Notes: a model not told the origin generated them from the letters alone. Positions 51,235-62,989 are shown, counted from the first letter of the stretch. The stretch is 64,000 bases of DNA from Dendrobates tinctorius (GCF_039654945.1 NW_027361724.1:13454001-13518000); one strand, 5' to 3'. Numbers and translations: made by a program.

Positions 51235-52511
51235 TATGGCTGCACTAAAGGCTGCACTAAATAGTAGGGCTGCAGAGGAGAGACAATTTTTCCATTAAGC
51301 GCCGAGCCTACCGAAGTTCTGACGAGCTGGACCCTGACGTGTCCCCCAAGCAGCGCAGGAAGCCAGTGAAATTGCAGAAGGAAGCTGGCTGTGATCTCAG
51401 TGGGCGGTACGTGGCGTCGTGGCGACTAGGCAATGGCAGAGGAGGGGCGCGGTAAAAATGGAGATTGACATCCTTAAAAAGAAAGTAGCGCTGTGATTGG
51501 TGTGAAATGGGCGTGAGAAAAAAGCGCGCACAGAGTGGAAATTCACACCCAGAGAAAAGGGAGCGCGCTCAGAACAGGGAGGAGGGAGCGTGCTGAAAGT
51601 GAAACCGTGTCTCCCTCCCCGCCGAGCTCTTATACTGATGCCCGCGGCGCCGATAATAAAAGGTGAGCCTGCGTTGAACCACTGCTTACAAGGACCGTCC
51701 TAGTAGACCTTGTGTGCCTCTTTCCCTGATCCTAGTATAACCAGAGCGCGGCTGCGATGTGAGGCGCGCGGCTGCAGTGGGGGAGTAGAGGTGGGAAATT
51801 CAAAGTTTGAAACCACTGCTTGTGAAAACATACGGGGCTAAAGGGAACGTTCGGATCTTACCTGACGTCCCTGAAGAGGATGACCGCAGGGGCATGTATA
51901 GCAGACAGGCCGCTGGGAGAGGTCCTCTTACCCGTGTCACGTAGAAGACGGCGTCCTTTTGTTGGGAGCGATGGCGACTACCGTCTTCCTCTCAGCCCTG
52001 TCCTGGGATAGGGATGAGGAGTTGTTTTGCCAAGGACCGGCCACCTGTCGTCCGCCCATAGCACCGAATGGTGATATGGAAAAAGTCCTGCCTGCGGTAC
52101 TGAGAGTTGCGATGTGGGCGACACCACACTGCTCGCTCAGCCGCATGATATGGGAAAGCAGGGTGAACATTTACCCCCTGTTTCCCGATGTAGAATCTGG
52201 AAAATAAATGGGAAAAGATTAATACACACACAAAACCTAAAAGAAAATGGTTAGATGCGGATCTGGGGAGATCCCGGTCCGCCTCCTACAGACACTAAGC
52301 ACAAACTGAGGTACTTGGTATCTGTCGGTGGGTGTATACTGCCGGGGAGGAGTCAATTTTCTTGTTTTTTGCATAGTGTCAGCCTCCTAGCAGCAGCAGC
52401 ATACACCCATGGTAATCTGTGTCCCCAATAAGGCGATAAAGAAAACACAAATATCCTGAACTAAAAGTAAAAAATATACTGCAAATAATGCATAAAGGTA
52501 ATAATAATAAT

Positions 52512-52589
52512 AAGGGTATTTAGTAAACATAATTTTGATCAAAATAATGTACAAGCCATCCCGCCACGTCACGGCAACCCTTGTGGGAC
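52512..52589 (-). ncRNA. Candidate HDV-like self-cleaving ribozyme (variant fold)
   Basis: Manual fold: P1 GUCCC/GGGAU, P2 AAGGGU/ACCCUU, P3 GCC/GGC with a 7-nt loop GUGACGU, J1/4 GG, AU-rich P4 hairpin, J4/2 CUAA. P1 is short and L3 is non-canonical; untested. Confidence 0.45.
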
Positions 52590-53062
52590 TTTTGACCTGC
52601 GGATTGTACAAAATCCGTGCGGATGAATCCGCACCTAATCCACAGCGTGTGCACACAGCCTAACGGATCATTCAATTGTATAAATTCTGAGCTCTAGAAA
52701 CATAAGGAAAAATAGACACTCTTTGCATGGACTGACTTTCCATCACTACGATGGACCCATTTAACAACTTTGTGCAGCCAGCCAGGGTGTGGGCTTAGGA
52801 GCGGGGCGCTTTGCATCCATTGCAGTTGCTGGCTGTGGAATACAGCTGACCTTTCCTCCAACAGCAGTGACCGGATCTAGCTCTGATTGCTTAACCATTT
52901 AGAAGCCATGCCTATTGTCCTTTCATCTTGTGACATGATCACAAGGTGCCATTACAGATTCGATATCAAATTTTAAATCCCAATCTCTACGAATATAAAA
53001 TGCTATAGTGAAGAAAACAAATTAATGTACTGATATTTTTTTTTCTATCTTTACATGCACAG

Positions 53063-53204
53063 CTGCAAGAGTTTTTAGCCCAGCAACCATTATGCAAACC
53101 AGGAAAGGAGTGCTGTCTCCTGCCCAAGTGGATCCATTTTACACACAAGGCGACGCTTTGACATCTGACGACCTTCTAGACGACTCTTGGATTACAGTAT
53201 TCGG
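53063..53204 (+). CDS. NUP35: Nucleoporin 35, exon 5
   Basis: [46 protein letters not shown](G); CAG| and |GTAAGA sites. Confidence 0.96.
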
Positions 53205-55688
53205 GTAAGAAATATGTTTCTAAAATATGTTAACATGCAACTGTGTCACTAGCTGATAAAGGGATGTTGTCAAGTCCCAAAATACAATTATTCATGGAAA
53301 TCGCATGCAGTCCTTACGGTTCTTGCACATGATGCCCTTAAGATGTCGGCGGAGCCTCCAAGGTTTTCATAGGTGAGGCTGCTTCAGTAAAAAGCCTGCC
53401 ATCTCTTTCCTAAAGTGGTTTTGTCCGTTATTTTTGTAGAGGCTCCAGACATCGTTTTCTTTTCCTTTTAAGGTGTAAAGAGCAGGCAGCTTCCAAACAG
53501 CTGCCTGTAGAATGCACATGCTGCTATTTTCTGCCACTTCATGCTTTCTAAACTCTTAAAAGTACCAAAAGACTGACCATATGCACAGCATATACAGCTG
53601 TGCGTTATGTTCTTGTTTTGCGGTGCTTTTTCAGGCCATTTCTAACTGAAACTGCCTGAAATGAAGTGTGCACGTAATCCTGACATCTGCCATGCAAGTC
53701 GCAAACGGGTGCGTGGAGCAGGGTCACAGGATGAGCTTGCCCCATGCTTGGCAGGTATTGGCTGTGTTACAGCCAGGACCTACCTCCAACAATCACGGGT
53801 GGCTATTGTTAGTCTGTTAAATACTGCTGTAAAACACTGACAGCGGCATTAACAGCTTGCTGGCATGGGAGCACGTCATTCTAGGCGACCATTGGCACTC
53901 CCGTGATGTGATCGCTGGGCGATGATGGGTTACCATGACAGCCAAGGGTCTGCTGAACATCCCCTGTGCCTGTCCTTACACTGCTTCTATTGAAAACCAG
54001 CATATGGCTGGTGTTCATAGGAGACTGACTTTTACTACATGCAGCAATACTGTGATACTTCTGTACATGGCAGAAATGATCAGACGATCGCAGCTTCAAG
54101 TTCCTTAAGGGGACTAACAAGTACAGTGAAATAAAAAGTTCAAATCGTGCCCCTTTTCCCCAAAACACGTTCTTGCATGTTTCGAAAAAGTCTGATCTAT
54201 CAAAATATAAAAATTTAACTTTATTGTAAATTTTTTTTTTTTTTTTTTTTCATTCATTGTTTACCATGCAAGAATGGCAAAATTACATTTGTTTTTTATA
54301 TTTTTGAGGTATTTTAGCGACCAAACAAAATGCTGTAATAAGTGATAAAAACAACATATTTGTCCAAAAATGGTACCACTAAAAACATTCTCACACGGCT
54401 CCATTGACTGAATTGTAATGTTACAGGTCTCAGAAAATGGCGACACAACGCTACAATCTTTTTTTCTTTTAAACTTTTTTTTTTTTTTTTTCTCAACTAA
54501 AATAAAAAAAAATTCGACCTGTTCAGTGTCACCGTTACTGGTCCTAGTGTAAGGTTATCTTTACCACACAACGTACACTGTAAAAACAATTCCCAAGGTA
54601 CAGTGTCAGAAGAAATTGAGTCTTTTCACAAATTCTCCCCACTTGAATTTTTTTTTTTTTTTTTTTTTTTCCTCCCACGCTAACACTTGTGTGTTTGGTC
54701 TTTTTGATTACTTTCTGCAGTCCTCCCTGGTCACAGCAGTGATGCCAAGGCCAATAAAGGGTTTCTGTGGTCATGTGAGAATTTGTGGCTTCTTATTACT
54801 CAGATATTAGCCGCACAACAGCGAGGACGGCTGGAGCAGCAGCACGGAATAAGGTGGTTGTGGCTAGGTTGCCATTCTACGCTCATCCTTGCTGACCAAG
54901 CCGTGGTCTGCATGTATCAGTCTGTCTGTGCTATCACAGCCATGAATGTTTCTCTCTGGAACATGGTGGTGTCACAGAGAAAAACATGCTTGTACTAGTT
55001 GCCGGGGACTTATGACTAGTCGTACAGATGGAGTCCTGTCCGCTGACGGACTGGCAAGCCTCACCCTGTGAGCGCATATAGGCAGTCTTGCCAGTCACTG
55101 ACGGTGGGCAAGGAGAAGCCGCCAGAGACCCACCTTTACAACTAGTCAGTAATGCGGCTCTGTCCCCAGCGGCTAATAAGTGTTTTTCTCTGAAATGCCG
55201 CAGTGGTTTAAAGACTCGTATGTGGCTGTGATTGTAGAGACAGTGGCTGATGCAGGCTCCCCACGGTTTGAGCAACATGGATCAGCTGATGACATGTTCC
55301 CTTTAAACTTTTCTCCTTGATAGTGGTTTTCTTACATTACTGACAAACCCCTTGAAGTGGATCAGTCACCAGATTTCATATTGATCATGTATGCAGCTAG
55401 CAAATAGAAATGTGACCTGATGAGGCTGATGTACATACTTTGACAATCCCTAAAGTTTTTTTTTTTTTTTTTATATATAGCTTTACTCCCCCTTTTTTTT
55501 TTTTTTTTTTTTTTTTTTCATGGCAAAGCATTTAGATGTTCTGTGGAAATATCTAAATAGTTTTTCTGCTGATGGGAGTTGATATCCATGGAAAATATGT
55601 ATGTTATGCAGCCTCGTTGTCACACTGTTGGTCAAAATAATACTTTACACTTACTATTGAAGCTGATGCATTTACCATCTGTTTTTAG

Positions 55689-55758
55689 GTTTCCTCAAGC
55701 CTCCGCCTCGTACATTTTATTGCAGTTTGCCCAGTACGGGAATATAGTAAAGCACGTG
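55689..55758 (+). CDS. NUP35: Nucleoporin 35, exon 6 (RRM)
   Basis: [23 protein letters not shown]; TAG| and |GTAAGG sites. Confidence 0.97.
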
Positions 55759-55988
55759 GTAAGGAGCGTTTCTTATAAGAACAAACCTTGGCATTTGCTT
55801 GGTATGTCGGTAAGATTTCCAGAAGTAAAGCCATATACGCTGGTGCACGTAAGGTCAGGCCGGCAACGCTAGGTAGACCATAATCCTATAAACATATAGC
55901 GATGACCTTGGCACTGACAGGAGACGGATTTGCCACATGTGACTTTTTTTTTTTCTTTTCTTTTTTTTTTTTTTTTTTTCCCGACACC

Positions 55989-56024
<36 letters not shown>

Positions 56025-56519
56025 TATTGCCCAAAGTTTCAACCAGTTTGAGGCCTTTATCGGGGACATCTGTGTGGGTAGTGGCCAGGTAAGTGTATAT
56101 AGAGCCCAATATGTCCCCCCCCCCCCCCCCCCCCATTTCTGCCAGATCAAAACTAAACAGATCTGTAGAAAAAGAACATGGACCGCACCTCCCAAAATCA
56201 CATTTTCAGCAAATTCTCCTTGGCCCTTCTCAGTGCTGAGTTTCTCTATGTACATATACTATGGTATACATCATCCATCGGCTCCATTTCCCCATTTATT
56301 CTGTGCCTTGGAATATAATTTTTGGACCCTCATTTTGATTACCATTAGGGAAGTTTTTCACCATAATAGCGGTTACAGGAGGCTAGTCATTGCCATATTG
56401 TGGCCATGTCTTGTGTATTCATTACCATCTTTTGGGTTAAGTTTTTACGTGCTTTCTTTGTTGCATATCTCAATCAAATTTATTTTTAAACATTGTTCAA
56501 ACTTTTATTTCCTTAACAG

Positions 56520-56648
56520 ATGTCAAATGCTGGGAATTGGATGCACATTCAGTACCAGTCCAAGCTGCAGGCAAGGAAAGCATTAAGTAAAGATGGAAAG
56601 ATATTTGGAGATTGCATCATGATCGGTGTGAAACCTTGTATTGATAAG
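56520..56648 (+). CDS. NUP35: Nucleoporin 35, exon 7 (RRM)
   Basis: [43 protein letters not shown]; CAG| and |GTAAGA sites. Confidence 0.97.
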
Positions 56649-57046
56649 GTAAGAAAGTAATGTCACACCCTCATCATTGGTTATAACAGTGGGGGGCATT
56701 TCACAACTTGCCATTTTCCTATTTATATACAAATGGCCTCTTCATAAGAGAACAGAGCCTTGAGTGCCACCTATTAAGACATAGCAGTCAGATAAGTCAA
56801 AATCGCCATTTTGCAGATTTTTTTTTTTTTGAGGCTTTTTTTATTTCCCAAGGAGCGTTGCATAGCCTATAAATCTCCCACTGCCTTCCCCATAGACTCC
56901 TTCCCCATAGACTCGTATTTTTGTGGGAGACCTGACTTTGAACAGACTAGGGGTGTTCTCAGTAGCATATTTACACAGGAATTGTATAGAATAATTGACA
57001 AGTATTTCACTCAATTTAATCTTTTTTTTTTTTTTTTTTTTTATAG

Positions 57047-57199
57047 CGTGTACTGGATAGTGGTGAGAAGACATCTGTATCTTCGGTCTGCACACCACCA
57101 TTAACAGGTTTTGGTACTCCTACTCAGCAAAATGGTACTCCAAGATCAGGAATGAGACCTCTTGCGGCAGTGTACAGAGTTTCAACTAGTGATTACCAG
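57047..57199 (+). CDS. NUP35: Nucleoporin 35, exon 8
   Basis: RVLDSGEK...TPPLTGFGTPTQQNGTPRSGMRPLAAVYRVSTSDYQ; TAG| and |GTATTT sites. Confidence 0.95.
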
Positions 57200-58111
57200 G
57201 TATTTTCTGTTTGATGTAATCTCAACTATAAGGCCCTTCAATGGGAGCTTGGTAGGTGTCCCCCATGCCCTCCAACCCACCATTATTAGGCTACTTGTTG
57301 CTGAAGACTCCACCTAACCAGCTGGTGTTCAACACCCCCCCCCCCCCCCCCCCCCCCCCACAAAAAAAGCAAAAAACTTTCATATTCTACTTAGGCTTAT
57401 GACTAGTCGATGGGGCATTGTTTTCCCAGATTGGTTGGGCACCTTCCTCGCATGTGATCATACCCCCCCTGTATGCGTGATAACATGATTTGGAAGAGCT
57501 GGTGTCATTGCCGCTCACTGCAAAACTTTTTTTTTTTTTTTTAAACTCACATGATTGCTTTTCTGAAGCTGGGTGTACTCTTCTGGACATTCTGAGTGCG
57601 CCCATGAATCTGATAAGTGAAACGGACCCTCTTCTGGACATATGCAGTGCGCCTCTGATGCTGGGAAGCGTACACCTGAGTTCAGAGGAACAATGTGGGT
57701 GAAGAACTGCAGACTGCTGAACTGTGACCATATGTTAGTCAGTGTTCCTATTCCCCATGTGGGCAGTCACTTAACCACTTGTATGTATAATTTACATACT
57801 TGTAGTCACATACTGATTAACCTCATCCGGCTGCTCTCAATTTTCTTCTATTGAGAGAAGCCAGATAGCATCGATGAGCATACAGGGGAATCGTGACAGT
57901 GTGTGCATTGCACTCCTCTGATGATTTGGTATTCACATTGTGAATGCAGACTCTTATTTATGGACAGGAAAACCACTTTTAATTCTTAAATGATACATCT
58001 TTTTGCCAAAATTAAGGCAAAAGACTTCTATGTACCAATAAAATGGTATGTACCTAGCCTATAAATGCCCCACAATGGGGGGCTAACACTCGGGTAAATG
58101 ATAGTTTTGCA

Positions 58112-58522
58112 CAGGACTGTGGAGTCAGTAAGGCAAACCTCCGACTCCTCAATTTCCCTGGCTACGACTCCACAGCATCGGTCACTACTGAGCATGTACA
58201 TAAAGTGCAGCAGATTCATCTCATCCACGACCCCACAGCACTGGTCATAACAGCATGTATATAAAGTGCAGCACAGATTCATCTCATCTATGACTCCACA
58301 GCACTGGTCACTACTGAGCATGTACATAAAGTGCAGCACAGATTCATCTCCGCTAAAAGCTGAGATCCTTAGATCAGGGGCAGTACAGACACTTGTAGGA
58401 CTTTTCATAACTTTCCCTAATTATTATGAAAACATTTACAGCACATCCTGCATTGTGCTACTGTACCCAATTTATTATATATTTTAGGAGTCAGTCCATC
58501 TTATTCCAACTCCACAGCCCTG
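58112..58522. mobile_element. hAT-type MITE with ~62-bp internal repeats
   Basis: CAGGACTGTGGAGT ... ACTCCACAGCCCTG TIRs; perfect 8-bp TSD GTTTTGCA. Confidence 0.88.
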
Positions 58523-58854
58523 GTTTTGCAGCTTTATTAGCTGGAAAGATATATGAACCAAACAATAACTTGATGATGAATGAATATCCACTTAGAAGGA
58601 AAATTCTTGCAAGAACATTTTAATGGCGGTTATCTCATTAAGGTGACTTTCCCCATTCCCTATTGGCCGCTGCAGAGAAAATGCCTGTGCTGGCAGTTGG
58701 ATGCAGGGTAACCAGGCCTTCATGGTGGTCACAATTTGAAAGGGGTATTGTGTTGTGAAAACCTTGGATGGGGTTGCCTTGGAGTATAGTGTGGTCTATT
58801 ACAAAAGTTTCATGAACTTTATTTTATTTACTGTCTAAATATTTTATTTTAAAG

Positions 58855-58932
58855 GTTTTGTCAGATAAGCAAACTCCTAAAAAGGATGAAAGCCTTGTTT
58901 CTAAAGCCATGGAATTTGTGTTCGGATGGTAA
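58855..58932 (+). CDS. NUP35: Nucleoporin 35, exon 9 (C-terminal helix and stop)
   Basis: [25 protein letters not shown]. The nine exons total 948 nt = 315 aa plus stop. Confidence 0.97.
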   Translation, partial: VLSDKQTPKKDESLVSKAMEFVFGW

Positions 58933-59364
58933 TTTGGAGCCAGGAAACTGAGACTTTTGGCTTCTTCCTCGCTGCCACATTTTTTTGGGTTAGTTCTATA
59001 ACCGCTCTTGGCAGATCAGCGCTGACAACAAGACACCGGACTTACCATTTATGTAATGTGCGGACATTTCACTTGTGGTTTTACCGGAGTTATCTGCTGT
59101 ATATGACTGTCTTTTTATGTTGCTGCTTGGACTTTGAACTAGTTATTGAATGTAATATCTTCTGTCCACGGAAACATCACAACCATCGGAAACCTCAACC
59201 GCTGCTGTGTACCAGAGTTCTCTTCTCACCACCAGTAATGCACTACTCCTGTCCTCCAAGCTTTGTCTATATTATTATTTTATGTCGTAATTGTAAATGT
59301 CATAAACTTCCCCCAAAAACGTGAGTCTCGCGCATGAACACATTATCGTTTTTTATTCTTTTCT

Positions 59365-59417
59365 AATAAATGTACAAAATGTATTTTAACTGCTTTTATA
59401 AACTGAATTGCAATAAA
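59365..59417 (+). terminator. Candidate NUP35 polyadenylation signals
   Basis: AATAAA at 59365-59370 and 59412-59417. Confidence 0.6.
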
Positions 59418-59586
59418 TGTAGGTTCTCTAAGCGTTCTATTGAAACTCGCCAGAGATTGATGTTGCACAGGTCCCCTGAAGTAGCATTGCGATAAAACCT
59501 GATCGGTCAATGTTCAGTAAAATAGTGGGTGTAGCTTTTGCTCTTGTATCACACTGCATGAGTCCAGCCTTTCTCGTAATTCATGT

Positions 59587-59619
<33 letters not shown>

Positions 59620-59691
59620 CTGTGCATTCTTTTATGTATTTGAACCAGGAATCTCTCTTCCCATTTTAATGTAGTTGAAAATTTCTGTTGC

Positions 59692-59726
<35 letters not shown>

Positions 59727-59787
59727 CATAAGTCAGAGCTGCAGATCCTGTAGTTGCAAATTTATATAATTCATTGGCTCTTTTTAA

Positions 59788-60915
59788 CCCCTTCCCAACA
59801 TGGCCAGTCTTAGCTTTTTTTTTTTTTTTTTTTTTTTTCTGCCCCTCTTTTATATTTAATCTCCCTTGGAGGGGGGAGGGAGACCTTTTAGTTCATAGAT
59901 GTATGAGGGCTTGTCTCTTGTGGGTCAAGTTGCAATTTTTAAATGAGACTACTCATACTGGAGCACAGGAAAGAAATTCCAAGTGTCAAATTGCAAACAA
60001 AGAAAACTCAATTCTGACTTCTCGGTGAATCTTTCTTTTACAGTGTACACTGTGTGGTACAAGTGACCTGGCAGTATGATTGTCCAAGTCACTGACTGTG
60101 GATGCCAAACTAGTTTTATTTTGGTGGTGAATAATGATTTAGAAATGTTATTAAAAAAATAGCCATTTTTCAAGAGAACGTTGCAATTTTTTTTTTTAGT
60201 CGGAGGTATGAGAGGGCTTGTTGTGTTTGGGTGATTGTAACCATTATGGGTTAGCTATAAAGCTTTGATCACAACTAGTGGTGAGCGAGTATTCTCATGC
60301 TCGGGTGACCTCCGAGTATTTTGGCGTGCTCGGAGACTTAGTTTGTCGCCGTAGCTGCATGATTTGCGGCTGCTAGCCAGCCTGAATACATGTGGGAATT
60401 CCCTAACAAACAGGCATTCCTCACATGTACTCAGGCTGTCTAGCAGCCACAAAGCATGTAGCTGCCTCGACAAACTAAATCTCCGAGCACGCCAAAATAC
60501 TCGGTCACCCGAGCATGCTCGGAAAAACCTGAGAAACGAGTATACTCGCTCATCACTAATTCACCACCTCATACAGCAATACTGAAAAATTGCAGTAAAT
60601 AGTATAAAAAAAAAAATCGCACTAATCTGAAGCCTGACCACAGGCTGGGTTTCAAAAGGGCTTCATGATGGCAGGCATGGAAGTCGTCTTCAGACCCTCC
60701 CTGGCTGCCATAGCAGCCTATTGATGCCCTGAAATTGCCTCACGGGGGCGCCGATGTGACCTCATGCCGGTGTGCTGTGAATCCTGCAGTCAGACATTGC
60801 ATGCCATTTACCACATTAATGTGGCTGTTTGTCAGAGGCGGATGCTGGGTGTGTGGTGGCCTGTGAGCCCTCTCCCACCTTGCACCATACATGTACAGTG
60901 AATGTCATTAAGGGG
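59788..60915. mobile_element. Decayed non-autonomous piggyBac-like element with a nested hAT-type MITE (60276-60558)
   Basis: TTAA|CCCCTT ... AAGGGG|TTAA; inner TAGTGGTGAGCGAGTAT ... ATACTCGCTCATCACTA. Confidence 0.65.
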
Positions 60916-61555
60916 TTAAACTGTGTGAACAGATTATTTCTTTCCATAAACGTTGCCTTAAAGAAGATGGCATCTAAAAAGAGGCCGTGTGCATACCCCC
61001 AACTCTTGGTCACCATCAGCTGTGCTTAGTGTCTGGCTAGTGTTAGACTTTTTGGTTGCAGGAGATTCACATGCCCATCGCATGTGTCCTTGACGATCTG
61101 TGATGCCACATTTTAGTGTTCATATTTCATGAACCGTTCCTAAACCAGTTGCAATCGACCTGAATCAGACTTAGGCTGGCTGCAGCCGAGTGTCTTCAAA
61201 ATAACCTGTTTCTCTATCGTTTCGTTGGGTTGGGGCACAGGAAGCAATGGGTGTGCGCTGCTAGGGCGAGGCTGATGCTTGGCAAAAAAAAGTGTGCTCC
61301 TCATCAGGGTACACCCACATACTACAGCCAAGCTTAGTGTTAGCAGGAGGCAGACATGTTAAACTGCATACTTTTTCAATAGTCGTATTGTTTTTTTTGT
61401 GGGGTTTTAATTCGTAAGTTTGAGAAACAGCGGCTGGAGCCTGAGTGCACAGTGGTGAAAATGTCACACAATCCTTTCTGGCCTATGTGACAGAACTCTA
61501 ATCCAATAAAGAGTGCTTGGGTGGTCAGACAGTACTGTCTTTGCCTTCATCTTCA

Positions 61556-62510
61556 GGCTATGTGCCATTGTATGCAGAAAACTTCTGCTTCAAAACTGAA
61601 CTCCTTCCCAGAAAACACGTGTTTTATTTCTGTGTCTTTGTGCGATTTTCGTGTGTTTGGTGGCGAAACCACGAGTTTTTGATGGGTTGTTTTTTTCCGT
61701 GCGTCTTCTGACTCATAGAAAATAGCTAAAAACATGGACTTTCCTGCAAAATTAAAGGGGGTTGTCCAGGCTTTTCACATAATCTCAGTGCGTATCTGGG
61801 CTGCAGAATGTTGACAATAAGTAATTTTACCTTCTGTGGCCAGCTTGCAGGGTTTCCAAGATATCATCTCTTGCTTGTAAGAAAAACGTCCGGGGGGGGG
61901 GGTGTTCTGGCATTGAAATGAGAACTGGTCATTTCCTCCTACTCTGCTAAAAAAAAACATGCCCTCTATAGCAACAACCCCACCCTCCATAGCAACAGGC
62001 CCTCCCTGACCACATGAACAAGCCTATCCCTCCTCACACAGTAACAAATCCTCCCCCTCTAGCAGCCTCAGTGCAGAGAGCAGACCACCCAGCTGCTTCT
62101 CCCCCAGACACACGCTGAACAGTGATCTATGGAAAGTGAAACCAGTGAGGAAAGACCAGTTCTCATTTCAATGCCAGAACAACCCCCCCCCCCCCCCCCC
62201 CCCCCGGGAGTTTTTATTACAAGCAAGAGCTGATACCTAGCAAACGCTGCAAACTGGCCACAGAAGGTAAGTTACTTATCGTCAGCATTCTGCAGCCCAG
62301 ATATGCACTGAGATTATGTGAAAAGCCCGGACAACCGCTTTAATGAGCATGCTGTGGTTTTTAATGCTAAGCGGTTTTTGCGTGGAAAAAAAACGCATCA
62401 ATGTGCACAAAGTGCGGAATTCATTTAAAATGAATGGGATGCTTCTGCTATGGGTTTTTGAAGCCTTTTGACCCGGACAAACGCTTCAAAATGTTTACAT
62501 GGACACAGCC
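61556..62510. mobile_element. Harbinger-type MITE with a nested long-TIR T2/Kolobok MITE (about 61756-62339)
   Basis: The outer element resembles 5447-5726. The inner element has about 190-bp inverted arms and TTAA flanks. Confidence 0.75.
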
Positions 62511-62868
62511 CTATAGTGGAGTGTGTGCATGGAGAGGAGAGAGATCATAATTACACTGATTTCCCTCTGTCCCTCCTGATGGTCTCCTAAATCTGCAAAG
62601 ATGTCAGGAGTTTAATCTTCAGGACTCTGGTACTCTTGACTCTTTTTCTAGGCTGTGGGGTCTCTTATGCTGTCACAAAGATTTCTGGCCTTACTGGTTG
62701 ATTCATTTCAAAATTTAGGTGCCAGTCTCCCCTTTGACCTGGTCGGCCGATCCAACCATGCCCCCTCCTATCTCTTCTATTCAGAAAAGTATGGGTCTTT
62801 CTTGCATGCTTAGCCTGAAAGTAGGAGAGGCAATCAGTGGGTTCCTTTCCATGGCAATGTCATCAGGC

Positions 62869-62960
62869 CTGATGAAGAGACCTGAGTAGTCTCGAAAGCC
62901 TACAATTTGTTACCATCTTTTTAGTTGGCTATTAAAAGGTACCAACCACTGAGGGGACTC
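62869..62960 (+). mobile_element. Penelope-type fragment with a hammerhead ribozyme core
   Basis: CTGATGA-A-GAGAC-ctgagta-GTCTC-GAAA; stem I is not recoverable. Confidence 0.65.
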
Positions 62961-62989
62961 ATCTCATTTTAGAAAAGGAAGCTTAAGCC

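Larger units (their letters stand above)
46482..52444 (-). mobile_element. Full-length DIRS1-like tyrosine-recombinase retrotransposon, about 5.96 kb
   Basis: Inverted terminal repeats at 46531-46657 and 52304-52429; internal complementary region at 46761-46857; gag, RT/RNase H/methyltransferase-like and YR reading frames; TTT termini on the element strand. Confidence 0.96.
46061..52589 (-). mobile_element. Non-coding partial-tandem insert, 1.38 x 404-nt unit (46061-46481 plus 52445-52589); retrozyme-like candidate
   Basis: 46061-46214 is repeated by 46465-46481 joined to 52445-52589. (C)TTTTGACCT(G) is duplicated at 46051-46061 and 52589-52599. Strand is inferred from the ribozyme-like fold. 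Confidence 0.8.
45756..52660. mobile_element. Harbinger-type MITE split by two nested insertions (halves 45756-46060 and 52590-52660)
   Basis: TAA|GGCTGTGTGCACACGCTGTGGATT ... AATCCACAGCGTGTGCACACAGCC|TAA. Confidence 0.85.

Noticed and set aside
59476-59500. Hammerhead-like CTGAAGTAGC...GCGATAAAAC just after the NUP35 poly(A) signals
   Set aside because: Both conserved boxes are altered and no stem I or III forms.
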